Origin: Methanotrichaceae archaeon
GTDB lineage: Archaea > Halobacteriota > Methanosarcinia > Methanotrichales > Methanotrichaceae
DNA length: 64,000 bases
NCBI GenBank assembly: GCA_963754945.1
Contig: CAVWIG010000013.1
Span: 17,352 to 81,351 of the forward strand
Direction: 5' to 3'
A model generated the notes under the pieces. It was not told the DNA's origin. It did not search any database and saw nothing but the letters and a program-made list of their open reading frames with translations. Numbering within the stretch: the stretch's first letter is position 1; the number at the start of each line of letters is the position of its first letter. The position numbers were made by a program, and so were the translations under genes. Below, piece by piece: positions 1 to 10,196 of the stretch.

Positions 1-367
1 TCAGGTTGTCCCCAGAGACAACAAGAATATCGTCGTTTATGTCGAAGTAGTTGATGTTATACCGAAGAGAGTCTGCGCTCCCTCTATCGTCATACTGGGG
101 CTGGTAACAGAATCCGTCCGGGTCGCTGATGCCCAACCGCTTGAAGAAACCTTCCCCAGCCTTGAAGTAGTTGGATAGCTCCAGTGTGTTGTTCGCGCCT
201 CTGCTTCCCAGAATGAATCGGCGGCAGCCCTGGACTGCCAGCAGCCTGAACAGGACGGCTATTATGGCAGTATCGCATAATTCAACCAACGGTTTAGGCT
301 GGTTTAGTGTGAGAGGGTATAGCCTGGTCCCGCTTCCGCCGACAGTTGCCAGTACTTGGGGGCTCAT
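1..367 (-). CDS. NDP-sugar pyrophosphorylase / nucleotidyltransferase, N-terminal part (runs off the window edge)
   Basis: Manual translation from ATG at 367 gives MSPQVLATVGGSGTRLYPLTLNQPKPLV...DRGSADSL...ILVVSGDNL, with the GGxGTRL..PKPL and GD motifs. Absent from the ORF track because it is incomplete. Confidence 0.9.
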   Translation of the reverse strand, partial: MSPQVLATVGGSGTRLYPLTLNQPKPLVELCDTAIIAVLFRLLAVQGCRRFILGSRGANNTLELSNYFKAGEGFFKRLGISDPDGFCYQPQYDDRGSADSLRYNINYFDINDDILVVSGDNL

Positions 368-826
368 GATAATAGTATTTACGATATCATAAATATTAAG
401 CCTGTCGCTGGAAGTCAGTAACCGCGCATCATCTTCATGATTATTCGAGCGATCATGAAGGCGATTAGGAACAGAACGACATATAAGATTATGGAGACCA
501 TTGCCATGTTTGGAGAACTGCATTACTGATTTATAGCTTTGACTGAAACGAGCAATTCCCTTATTCAGAGGTTCGCGCCAAGGAGACGAAACAAGGCATT
601 ATCTATTCTACAATCCATTTCCGTGAAATTGTATCCTGATGCGAAGAGGATATCCTTTAGAGCACAGATGAAATCATTGTATTTATTGGTGAATCCTTCG
701 AAGGATGAAAATGTCGAAACTCGCAAAGGGTGCGCAATTGATATGAGACCAATACTAAAAGAATTTATAAAGAATGGCTGGGAATAAGAAGATCATGGAG
801 GGATAAAAATCGACAGAAGCGTTCTG

Positions 827-1396
827 ATGGGCTTTCTACCATGGATAGCCTTTGCTGTGTCCTCCAGCGTTCTTGGCTTTAAGGCTGGCGCCGTTATCGG
901 GTTGGCCTTGCTGCTCCCGAACTTTGTAAGAATGGTCTTAAAGCGCGATTTCATAATACTGGATGTCTTCGGCTTCGCGTTCTTCATCTTTCTTGTAATC
1001 ACGAGTTTCACGCTCCGTAACAGTGACCTTGAAGGCTTTGTCAGGTGGTCGGCTGCGATGAGCTACGGAGGATTGGCTCTCATATCCTGGGCAACCATAG
1101 CAATTGGTGACCCCTTTACCAGGCAGTATGCTCGCAGATCTGTGCCGAAAGAATACTGGAAAAACGACTTATTTCTCAGCTCCACAATGTCAATGGCCGT
1201 TGGATGGAGCGCTGCTTTCTTGGGCGCCTTTGCAGTCTCCTTCGTTGGGGCTCTTTCTGGATTCAAAGTGGTCCTAATCCAAGGCCTGGCCTTGGGATGT
1301 ATGCTTTTGGCCATCCTCTGGCACATGAGGGTCATGGACGAGACTCAGGCCAAGGCGAAGAAGATGCAGGAAGAACAGTCTAAAAAATTAGAATGA
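827..1396 (+). CDS. Integral membrane protein of unknown function
   Basis: 189 aa with 5-6 hydrophobic segments and a conserved-looking GDPFTRQYAR...W segment. Confidence 0.75.
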   Translation: MGFLPWIAFAVSSSVLGFKAGAVIGLALLLPNFVRMVLKRDFIILDVFGFAFFIFLVITSFTLRNSDLEGFVRWSAAMSYGGLALISWATIAIGDPFTRQYARRSVPKEYWKNDLFLSSTMSMAVGWSAAFLGAFAVSFVGALSGFKVVLIQGLALGCMLLAILWHMRVMDETQAKAKKMQEEQSKKLE

Positions 1397-1461
1397 TAAT
1401 CCTCGATATTGAATTAAACCTTATTCCAAGATGGCCAGTTTAAATTGAGATTCAAGGATAT

Positions 1462-2733
1462 TTAAGACTTTGTTTCCAAATTAAAGTCGGTAGTGTGCCG
1501 AAATTTCTGTAATTTGGATTGCCCTGTAACCCATCCATTCAATCTGCGTCCATAGATAAATACTTTTTTAGCTGTCAGCCACTCTTCATTGATATTGATC
1601 AAGATCGATACGCCAAGCCTCATGAAAGAATTGTCGTTAGGAAAGGCACCTACAACTCTACTCCTTCTTTTTAGCTCCTTGTTAATTCGTTCTAGTCCAT
1701 TGGTAGTTCTAATCCTTCTCCAGTGCCCTGCAGGGAACGACCTGTAATTCCATAAACTGAATTTGAAGTGATCGATAGTATCTGCAGCCTTCGAATAACC
1801 CCTTTCTCGAAGTTCGACTTCCAGCTCCAGCATCTTAATTTCATCATCAAGAGCAACTTTGATCTTATCTGCTATCTCCTTATGATATTTCTTGGCAACA
1901 TTTCTCAAGACGGCTCGGGTGAAATGAACATGACACATTTGCCAGGAGGCACCCAGGAATGAGTTCTCTACGGCTTTCTGTATGCCTTTATGGCCGTCTG
2001 AAGTAACTTGTTTGACTCCAGATAAGCCTCTATCCTTCAGCTCTTCAAAGATTCCAGACCAGAAGAGTTCATCTTCGCCATCGGCTATTCTTGCGCCAAG
2101 TATCTCGCGATATCCATCATCACGAATTCCAATAACTACGAGAAAAGCTTTGGTGACATACCTCGAATCGGTCCTTACCTTAAAGTAACTCGCATCCACA
2201 AAGAGGTAAGGAATGTCATGTTCGATCGGCCTTTTAAGGAAATTCTCTACTTTCTCATCAAGCTCTTTTGATATCCTTGATACACTGGAGGCGGATAGAT
2301 TTTCAATACCTAATTGAGAAACGATATCCTGGACTCTCCTGGTTGATACTCCCTGCAGATAAGATTCGATTACAGCATTGATCAATGCCTTCTCAACCCG
2401 AGAATATCTGTCAAAGACTTCCGTCTCGAAAGGATATTCTCGAAACTGCGGTTTTTTGAGATTGAGCTCACCAACGCGTGTCTTCAGAGATCTTTCTTTG
2501 TAGCCGTTTCTGTGCGCTTTTCGAGACTCAATTCGCTGGTATGGTTCTGAACCTGACTGCTGAATTGACTCAAGCTGCATTACAAGATTCAAGAACCAAG
2601 TCAAGAGCTGCTTTATTCCTTCTTCCTGATCGATAAGATAATCTTCTAGGAGATCTTTAGGTATCATGGTCCTGTGTCCTCCTTTTCCCAATAAAGAACA
2701 GGATACAGGGCCTATAATCCTTGTTATTATCAT
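1462..2733 (-). CDS. IS256 transposase with a C-terminal +1 frameshift
   Basis: YLFVDASY, SDGHKGI, CHVHF and TTNGLER motifs. A 6-T run (5 T in the other copies) changes KKYLSMD to KKVFIYG. True start is probably the MIPKDLL ATG behind the GGAGG site. Confidence 0.9.
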   Translation of the reverse strand: MIITRIIGPVSCSLLGKGGHRTMIPKDLLEDYLIDQEEGIKQLLTWFLNLVMQLESIQQSGSEPYQRIESRKAHRNGYKERSLKTRVGELNLKKPQFREYPFETEVFDRYSRVEKALINAVIESYLQGVSTRRVQDIVSQLGIENLSASSVSRISKELDEKVENFLKRPIEHDIPYLFVDASYFKVRTDSRYVTKAFLVVIGIRDDGYREILGARIADGEDELFWSGIFEELKDRGLSGVKQVTSDGHKGIQKAVENSFLGASWQMCHVHFTRAVLRNVAKKYHKEIADKIKVALDDEIKMLELEVELRERGYSKAADTIDHFKFSLWNYRSFPAGHWRRIRTTNGLERINKELKRRSRVVGAFPNDNSFMRLGVSILININEEWLTAKKVFIYGRRLNGWVTGQSKLQKFRHTTDFNLETKS

Positions 2734-2758
2734 TTTACAGAAAATTCGTTACACTGCC
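1489..2758 (-). mobile_element. IS256-family element, copy 1
   Basis: Terminal IRs ggtagtgtgccgaaatttctgtaa / ttacagaaaattcgttacactgcc enclose a DDE transposase. No target duplication visible. Confidence 0.92.
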
Positions 2759-2892
2759 AGTGTGGACAAGATAAAAAATTAATATAGACGAATCTTATTC
2801 GTCTCGATCAAACTATCTTAACTACCTATCCGATACAAGGAAAACTTAATATATATTTTAATACTAATTATACAACTAAAGAGGCGTAAATT

Positions 2893-4797
2893 ATGTGGAG
2901 GGACCGGATAATCTGCTTCATCTGCTTAGTGTACTTGTGCTTTTGTATTGGTCTATCTTTCAGTGAAGGATCAGACATCGTAAAGTCCCATGACGCTGAG
3001 CATAGTACACCGTTGTTAGATGGAGATCCCAAAATGAATGATGGAACGCTCAAGCTCATTTCCGCTACTCCAGGCTTTTCTCCGAAATCGGCGGGAGGAA
3101 ACCTGTCCATTAGCGGGATGGTATTTAACGACTTAAATGGCACCGGCCTGAGAACAAAAGAAACTATTGGCCTCCCTGGCTGGACAATAGTCCTGAGTCG
3201 TGATATGAATGAGATTCTCCAAACCACAACAGACTATGAGGGGCTGTATTCTTTCAAAAATCTGACACCTGGGAGATACATTGTCGTCGAAAATATGATT
3301 GATGGATGGAACCAGACCTGCCCTGGAGAAGAGAAAGGTGAAGCGAATTATACCATCAACCTGGTTGATGAAGATGCAATCAATTACAATTTTGGCAACA
3401 TTTTTGGCCCTGTGACTTATGTCCCTCAACGACATCCCATTATGTCAAAGAATGCATGGAACCAGCGAACTCAGGCCATTAAGAATCTGCCCAAAGCTGG
3501 AACCAATACTCAAGGCCGAGCTGGAGTTATTTACCCATCGTCTTTCAGCCTTTTGAGTCATATTCCGTACACTGCCAGCCAAAGAGATCAAGGTTCTTGC
3601 GGTAATTGTTGGGTTTGGGGTTGCACAGCTCCCATAGAGGTTGCTCACGATATTCAGAACGGAGTGCATGATCGCTTGTCGATCCAATATCTTAATTCAA
3701 ACTATAATGGAGGATCTGGAAGCAGTTGGGCTTGCTGTGGTGGCTGGGAAGTAGGTTTCCAGAACTTCTATAGTACAAAAGGGAATTTCATCCCATGGTC
3801 CAATTCAAACGCCAATTTTCGGGATGGCGGAAGAAGCTGTTCAGCTGGGACCAGTGTACCAGCCAGCTCGATCTCAACCTCTCCAAGCTACTCGATAACC
3901 TCCATCCAGTGGCACGAAATACAAACTACTGGTGTTAGCACAAATCAGGCAATTAGCAATATTAAAAGCTACCTTTACACAAACAAAGCTGTCACTTTAG
4001 GCTTTTACTTACCTGACTTCACACCATTCTGGAACTTCTGGGGGTCAAATTCCGGAAACTGGAACTCGGATAACTATTGCGGACTATCTGACGGGGCATA
4101 TCCTGGTGGACATGAAGTAACGATAGTGGGCTGGAACGACTCCACAGATTCTTGGATTGTGCTTAATAGCTGGGGCGTAGATTCTGCTCATCCTGATGGG
4201 ACTTACAAGCTCAAAATGGATATGAACTATAACTGCGCCAACGGGGGTTACTATTCATATAGCTTCGGATATTTCGATGTAGCCTTTGGAGCAGATACGC
4301 TAGTACCAGTATATCGCATGTATAGCCCATACGTAACGGATCATCTTTACACAACAAGTTACAATGAATATACAAAGGGTGCGGTTAATGTTGGATACAG
4401 CCAAGAAGGCATATTGGGTTACCTTTACCTAACTAAAGTACCTGGAACAGTGCCGTTATATCGCATGTATAGCCCTTATGTATTGGATCATCTTTATACA
4501 ACAAGTTACGATGAATATACAACGGGCGCGGTTAATGTTGGATACCGCCAAGAGGGCATATTGGGATATCTCTACTTAAATAGCGGCACAACAGGGACCT
4601 CACCAGTATATCGAATGTATAGCCCATATGCTACAGATCACTTTTACACAACAAGTTACAATGAATATACAACGAGCGCTGTAAATGTTGGATACAGCCA
4701 AGAAGGTATATTGGGTTATCTCTACTTAAATAGCGACACAACAGGGACCTCACCAGTATATCGAATGTATAGCCCCTATGTAACGGCTCATTTATAG
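2893..4797 (+). CDS. Secreted papain-like C1A cysteine protease: signal peptide, SdrD-B-like domain, peptidase C1, DUF5648-like repeats; C-terminus truncated by a MITE
   Basis: QGSCGNCW (catalytic Cys), GGHEVTIVGW (His) and NSWG (Asn). ISGMVFNDLNG is SdrD-B-like. VYRMYSPY..DHLYTT repeats of about 50 aa. The stop codon is the first triplet of the MITE. Confidence 0.9.
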   Translation: MWRDRIICFICLVYLCFCIGLSFSEGSDIVKSHDAEHSTPLLDGDPKMNDGTLKLISATPGFSPKSAGGNLSISGMVFNDLNGTGLRTKETIGLPGWTIVLSRDMNEILQTTTDYEGLYSFKNLTPGRYIVVENMIDGWNQTCPGEEKGEANYTINLVDEDAINYNFGNIFGPVTYVPQRHPIMSKNAWNQRTQAIKNLPKAGTNTQGRAGVIYPSSFSLLSHIPYTASQRDQGSCGNCWVWGCTAPIEVAHDIQNGVHDRLSIQYLNSNYNGGSGSSWACCGGWEVGFQNFYSTKGNFIPWSNSNANFRDGGRSCSAGTSVPASSISTSPSYSITSIQWHEIQTTGVSTNQAISNIKSYLYTNKAVTLGFYLPDFTPFWNFWGSNSGNWNSDNYCGLSDGAYPGGHEVTIVGWNDSTDSWIVLNSWGVDSAHPDGTYKLKMDMNYNCANGGYYSYSFGYFDVAFGADTLVPVYRMYSPYVTDHLYTTSYNEYTKGAVNVGYSQEGILGYLYLTKVPGTVPLYRMYSPYVLDHLYTTSYDEYTTGAVNVGYRQEGILGYLYLNSGTTGTSPVYRMYSPYATDHFYTTSYNEYTTSAVNVGYSQEGILGYLYLNSDTTGTSPVYRMYSPYVTAHL

Positions 4798-4883
4798 TGC
4801 TTAACCCAACGATTTACACTTAACATTTAATTGACCAAGCGATGCATAGCGATCATTAGTTTCAAATTTTGGATTAAACACTA
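4795..4883. mobile_element. 89-bp MITE, TA-targeting (IS630/Tc1-like), copy 1
   Basis: TIRs tagtgcttaacccaa / ttggattaaacacta, with TA duplicated at 4793-4794 and 4884-4885. Confidence 0.8.
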
Positions 4884-5035
4884 TATGTTCAACAAATTAC
4901 AATGAATATACAACGAGCGCTGTAAATGTTGGATACAGCCAAGAAGGTATATTGGGTTATCTCTACTTAAATAGCGACACAACAGGGACCTCACCAGTAT
5001 ATCGAATGTATAGCCCCTATGTAACGGCTCATTTA

Positions 5036-5124
5036 TAGTGCTTAACCCAACGATTTACACTTAACATTTAATTGACCAAGCGATGCATAGCGATCATTAG
5101 TTTCAAATTTTGGATTAAACACTA
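5036..5124. mobile_element. 89-bp MITE, copy 2 (inside the tandem duplication)
   Basis: Identical to 4795-4883, offset by 241 bp. Confidence 0.8.
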
Positions 5125-5333
5125 TATGTTCAACAAATTACAATGAATATACGACGGGAGCAGTAAATGCAGGATACAGCCGAGATGATGTACTCGGTTA
5201 CTTGTTTTTGAATTAGTAATATTTTTATAAAATTGATATTTTGCGCTTTTTATCGCTGTTAGGGTACCCATGTTTGATAATTCCATAAAATCCGTATGCA
5301 TAAAGCCCTCCGCAGAAATGGAAAACAGTCAAA

Positions 5334-6494
5334 AGGGAACTTGAAGCCCGACTCGCCAAATATGAGAATGCCCATACTCCACCGAGTCTAAAACGTGGCC
5401 CAAATCGCAAAATAGAGGAGAATGGTGTCGTCAAGGGGATACCCGGTCAGAAAATTGGTCATAAAGGCGTAACGAGACCGTATGCCAAGCCAGATAGGCA
5501 AGGAGATTCCTGAGCCCCAGTCGATCATCGTCACCGAATACAAAATTGCGCATTACAGATGTCCTTGCTGTCGTAAAGAAGTCACAGCCAACAATGCGGC
5601 TTGCTCCCTGGAAGGCAGATTCGGAAACAACATAATTGCTCAGACGACGTTACTGAAATACGAGGATAGGCTACCCCACAGGAAAATCCAGAATCCGCTG
5701 AGGCGACTGCATGGACTGAATATAAGTCCTGCAACGATACTCGATCTGACTCGCCGAGCTGCTGATGCGGTTCAATCGCAATACGATGCAATTCTAAACA
5801 GGATTCGCACTGCTCCGATCCTGTACGTGGATGAAACGTCGATCGATGTCCAGGGAAAGCTGAATTGGATCTGGGCATTTACGACACCATCTGAGACTTT
5901 TGTTGTGATACGAAAGAGTCGGGGCATGAAAGTCCTCTTGGAGGTTCTGACGAGGAGGTTCACAGGCATCATTGTGTGCGATGGCTGGAAACCATATCCC
6001 AAGTTCACAAAAAGCATACAGCGATGCTGGGCGCATCTACTTCGGGAATCGAAAGATCTTGCTGAGAAGATTGAGGAAGCTGTTCTGTTGCATCGAGCGC
6101 TCAAGGGTCTTTTTGAAGAATTGACCGGAGATCTAAAAAATGATCCACCGCCAGAAGTCCGTAGGGATCTATGGCTTAAGGCACAAGTCACACTCCAGCA
6201 ATGGACTATGAAAGAATTCGTCAGTGAGAAAGTAAGAAAGCTCATTGGCAAGATCAACAAAGGCTTCGAGTACTGGTTCACTTTTGTCATTCATCCCGGT
6301 ATAGAGCCGACCAACAATAGAGCCGAAAGGGCACTACGCGAGCATGTCGTTTTGAGGAAGATCTTGGGCACGTTGCGCAATGGCAAAGGGACTTCGATTC
6401 ATGAACGTATCATGACTGTGCTGGCGACATGGGGGCAACAGGGACCTGATAGTCTAAAGATGTTGAGATCAAGCCTGTCCACCTAAACACATAC
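5334..6494 (+). pseudogene. Degenerate IS66-family transposase/element (5' truncated; Zn-finger region deleted with frameshift)
   Basis: RELEARLAKYENAHTPPSL fragment from about 5334, then ORF 5482-6486 (YVDETS, QRCWAHLLR, PTNNRAER). Right IR ctaaacacatac ends at 6494. Homologous to 25870-27186. Confidence 0.85.
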
Positions 6495-6549
6495 CATAAT
6501 TCTATGTGTGCAACTCATAGGATACGTGAGAATCCTAGAGATTCTTTTT

Positions 6550-6820
6550 CTGAGCAAAGCGACCAGATCCGTCTAACAAACCGAGGCTGCCAAAACAGAC
6601 TGAGACCAAGAACCCATTAGAACCATTACCGTAGATCTTAGTAACGGTCGGAGTTTGACTTCAGGTTTGTTTTTATAATAAGTTGATTGGTAGCCTAAAA
6701 AGAATGAAGATCACATGGTAATCCCGCGGCTTGTATGCATCTCCTCAGTCTAAAGCTTTTCGAAAGGAAGGAGGGCAGATCACCCTCTATCAAAGGCCTT
6801 TTCGGATATTTGTGTTGCCT
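6550..6820 (+). ncRNA. Candidate structured non-coding element A
   Basis: Nested helices aggctgcca/tggtagcct, aaacagactga/tcaggtttgttt, accattac/gtaacggt, gaggg/ccctc and atccg/cggat. No ORF. Confidence 0.4.
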
Positions 6821-6823
6821 TTA

Positions 6824-8902
6824 CTACATCTGTAAGTACACAACTGCGGTGTTAATAGCAGGAGGAGCAGCAATTTGCCAGGTTCCTATATTGATAGTGT
6901 AACCTGTTTTAGAAACTGAGTATTGCCAAGTCCCTGGAACACCGGTGATGGTTGCCTGACCATTACTATCTGTTGTTGCCTGTTTGCTATTGCTATAACC
7001 ATCTGTTACAGTTATCAGGGCATTTGGAATCAAAATTGTTCCCGCCGCGTTCTTAACCGTAATGGAAACCGTAGCTTCAGACAGAGGAGATTGAGAACTG
7101 CTATACACGTATCCTAAGATACCTTCTTGCTGGTAACCGACGGCAACTGCTGTCGTGGTATATTCATTATAGTTCGTAGTATAGAAGTGATCCTTGACAA
7201 ACGGGCTATACATGCGGTATACCGGGGTGGTGCCTGCCTGAGGACTGCTGTATATGTATCCTAAGATACCTTCCTGCTGGTAACCGACGGCAACTGCTGT
7301 CGTGGTATATTCATTATAGTTCGTAGTATAGAAGTGGTCCGTGACAAACGGGCTATACATGCGGTATATCGGGATGGTACCGGTTTGAGAACTGCTATAC
7401 ACGTATCCTAAGATACCTTCCTGCTGATAACCGACCTTTACAGCACTCGTGCTATATTCATTATAGTCCGTAGTATACATGTGATCCGTGACAAGCGGGC
7501 TATACATGCGGTATATCGGCATAGGACCACTGAATGCTACGTCAATGGTTGTGAAAAATAATTGAGAGTTGCCGCCGAATCCCATATCATAGTTCATGTG
7601 CATTTTGACTTTGAAAGTCCCAGCAGGATGTGCAGAATTAGTACCCCAACTGTTCAGCATGATCCAGGAATCAGTGGAATCATCCCAGCCAACGCATGTG
7701 ACTATGTGGGCATAAACGCCTGAATCAGTAGGCTGATTATTCCACTGATCGAAGTTGTAGTTGTCGGATCTAGTATTCCAGAAAGTGTTACTAAAGTCAT
7801 TCCAAGCTGTTGCAGTGGGCACCGCGAACCGGAAGACCACCCCTTTGTGCTGGTATAGATAACTCTTGATGTTAGCGATAGCCGTGGATTGTCCCTGCCC
7901 TATAGTGGGGATAGTATTGTATTGGATTGAGTTGATTGGATAGTACGGATTGGTTGAGATTGAACTAGCTGATACAGCTGCGGTATCCCCACATATCAGA
8001 TTGCCGTCTCGATAATCGGCTTGTGAGTTAGACCATGGAATGAATCTGTGTTCTGAACTGTAAAAGTTAACATAATCTGCTGGGGCACCACTACAGCAGG
8101 GACTTGAACCTCCATTGTTGTTGGAGTCTAAGTACTGAATTGAGATGCGATCAAATATTGTATTTTGAATATCATAAGCTATCTCTATCACAGCTGTGCA
8201 ACCCCAGACCCAGCAATTTCCACAATTGCCTTGCTGCCTGTTCGTGTAAGATGGAACATAGCTCAAGAGGCTAAAGGATGAAGGATAAGATACCGCTTGC
8301 GGGGCGGCAGCAGGACGCAGGGGGGGTTTAACTGCTCTGAAATCCTCTTCATTCATCTTGGCTATCTGATCCAGAGTCAGATGCATAGCAGGATGAAATA
8401 GTGGGACATGCGTTACTGGTCCAAAATGGTTGCCAAAGTCGTAATTGAATGCGTCTTTATCGACGAGATTAATGGTATAATTTCCTTCGCCCGGGCGGGT
8501 CTGGTTCCAACCCGGCAAAATGGTCTCTATTACAGTATATTTTCCAGACGAGAGGTTTTGGAAAGAATACTTGCCCGTATCATCGGTGATGGTTTGGAGA
8601 ACTTCTTTGCCATCACACTTCAGGATTATTGTCCAATTCGGAAGGCCAGGTTCGTCTTTTGTTCTCAAGCCATCACCATTTAGATCGCTAAATACTGTTC
8701 CGTTTATAGATAAGTTTACCCCGATGAGTAGATCTTTATAAGATTGCACAATTGGCTGCTGAGAATTGTTGGGAGATATGTTGGATGGATTAAGTGCTGC
8801 CAAGGAAAGCGTTGCAGATAGAATAACCATGAAGCTAAGGAGGATTATAACTCCCGCAAAGCATTTTATCGTTATTGCCAATTGTTTCATATCAGGCCTC
8901 AT
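6824..8902 (-). CDS. Secreted C1A cysteine protease paralog (SdrD-B-like, C1, DUF5648-like repeats, C-terminal carboxypeptidase-regulatory/PEGA-like domain)
   Basis: QGNCGNCW, AHIVTCVGW, NSWG. Three IYRMYSP..DHFYTT repeats. Confidence 0.9.
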   Translation of the reverse strand: MRPDMKQLAITIKCFAGVIILLSFMVILSATLSLAALNPSNISPNNSQQPIVQSYKDLLIGVNLSINGTVFSDLNGDGLRTKDEPGLPNWTIILKCDGKEVLQTITDDTGKYSFQNLSSGKYTVIETILPGWNQTRPGEGNYTINLVDKDAFNYDFGNHFGPVTHVPLFHPAMHLTLDQIAKMNEEDFRAVKPPLRPAAAPQAVSYPSSFSLLSYVPSYTNRQQGNCGNCWVWGCTAVIEIAYDIQNTIFDRISIQYLDSNNNGGSSPCCSGAPADYVNFYSSEHRFIPWSNSQADYRDGNLICGDTAAVSASSISTNPYYPINSIQYNTIPTIGQGQSTAIANIKSYLYQHKGVVFRFAVPTATAWNDFSNTFWNTRSDNYNFDQWNNQPTDSGVYAHIVTCVGWDDSTDSWIMLNSWGTNSAHPAGTFKVKMHMNYDMGFGGNSQLFFTTIDVAFSGPMPIYRMYSPLVTDHMYTTDYNEYSTSAVKVGYQQEGILGYVYSSSQTGTIPIYRMYSPFVTDHFYTTNYNEYTTTAVAVGYQQEGILGYIYSSPQAGTTPVYRMYSPFVKDHFYTTNYNEYTTTAVAVGYQQEGILGYVYSSSQSPLSEATVSITVKNAAGTILIPNALITVTDGYSNSKQATTDSNGQATITGVPGTWQYSVSKTGYTINIGTWQIAAPPAINTAVVYLQM

Positions 8903-9072
8903 TTAACCTTATAATTATTTTTAACATTTAAGGCTTTTCAATAGGATCTAGGGGTTGCAAGGTTAATGTCCTTATCTGTATCTTCGCATTGTTTTCTTTT
9001 TGATCAAGCGACTGCACAATTGGATATATTGGAGTAATGATTGATGTGCGGGGGTCCGTTGAATTCAATTTT

Positions 9073-10196
9073 AGAGATTTCGAAAAACTCAATTAATTGA
9101 AATATTTATATACTATTAACACTATAATTAGTGTTATGCGGACTCTCATAGACTTTTCTATTCTACAGGAATATAGCGATCAAGTTGAGCCTCGCGGTGA
9201 TAAACTATCCTCATTAGCAGCACTGGTTGATTGGAATGCATTTTTGCCGATAGAGAATAGCCTATACAAGAACAAGAGCAAAAAAGGCGGCAGGCCAAAT
9301 ATTAGCATTATTATAATGATTAAACTCCTTATACTCCAGCAACTGTACGGTCTTTCAGATCCACAACTAGAGCTTCAGGTTGCGGATAGAATTTCTTTTA
9401 GGGTTTTCTTAGGGACAACAGAAGTAATCCCTGATTATTCAACGGTATGGCTTTTCCGCGAAAGATTGAAAGAAAACGGTAAGTTAGAAGCCATTTGGGA
9501 AGAGTTCGTTAATCAGCTCAAGGCCAAAGGATATGAGGTTAAGAAGGGAGTCATCCAAGATGCAACTTTTATAACATCTGATCCAGGTCATGCCAAGAGC
9601 GATGTTCCTCGTGGAGATAAAGCCAAGACTCGAAGAAGCAAAGATGGTGCTTGGTCAAAGAAAGGAAACAAATCTTATTTCGGCTACAAGGGACACGTTA
9701 AAGTCGATACTGAGAATAATTTCATCTGGAAGGTTGAGACGACCATTGCTAACGTCCATGACAGCCAGGTGGATTTGGCAAATGAAGGAGAGGTCCGATA
9801 TGGAGACAAAGGGTACCATGGTGCAAAAACCAAAGGATATGATGCATCAATGAAAAGAGCTGCAAGAGGGCGTCAGCTTAGCGGTTTTGATGAATTGCGA
9901 AACAAGAGAATTAGCAGGAAGCGATCTCCGGTAGAAAGATGCTTTAGCGTTATGAAAATAGTTTTCAGAGCAGGACATGTTATGGTAACAACGGTTGAAA
10001 GAGCTGCTATCAAAATAACGTTCAATGCTATCGGATATAACTTGTACAATCTACTTGGCCTGGTCAACAAGAAATCAGCCTAGCGATAGCTTTCGAGAAA
10101 TAGGAAGAAAATAATGAATTATAAAAAGAAAGAAAGCAGAAAATTGTGGAACAAAGGAGGATTGAACGAATTGAGAAGCATCTAAATCGAAAATGT
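9073..10196 (+). mobile_element. IS5-family element (right end degenerate)
   Basis: Left end agagatttcgaaaaac. The right end ctaaatcgaaa resembles the IS5 end at 33734-33750. Confidence 0.7.
9136..10083 (+). CDS. IS5-family transposase
   Basis: GGRP, LSDPQLE, IQDATFI, YFGYKGH, GDKGY and RSPVER motifs. Start placed at the MRTLIDF ATG. Confidence 0.9.
   Translation: MRTLIDFSILQEYSDQVEPRGDKLSSLAALVDWNAFLPIENSLYKNKSKKGGRPNISIIIMIKLLILQQLYGLSDPQLELQVADRISFRVFLGTTEVIPDYSTVWLFRERLKENGKLEAIWEEFVNQLKAKGYEVKKGVIQDATFITSDPGHAKSDVPRGDKAKTRRSKDGAWSKKGNKSYFGYKGHVKVDTENNFIWKVETTIANVHDSQVDLANEGEVRYGDKGYHGAKTKGYDASMKRAARGRQLSGFDELRNKRISRKRSPVERCFSVMKIVFRAGHVMVTTVERAAIKITFNAIGYNLYNLLGLVNKKSA

Larger units (their letters stand above)
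4656..5152. repeat. 241-bp tandem duplication (150-bp protein repeat + 89-bp MITE + 2-bp TSD)
   Basis: acagggacctcacc occurs at 4741 and 4982, a period of 241. Confidence 0.9.

Noticed and set aside
539-787. 82-aa ORF
   Set aside because: Alternative start codon and no recognisable motif; possibly a gene remnant.
1462-1570. Extended C-terminus of the IS256 copy 1 transposase
   Set aside because: It results from one extra base in a homopolymer and reads through the IR; a mutation or sequencing error, not a new domain.
4300-5216. CRISPR-like periodicity
   Set aside because: The units are 147-150 bp protein-coding repeats plus a duplicated MITE. There is no constant repeat with unique spacers and no cas genes.
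7090-7520. 147-bp direct repeats as a DGR template/variable pair
   Set aside because: They are in-frame domain repeats. Differences are not adenine-specific and there is no reverse transcriptase in the window.
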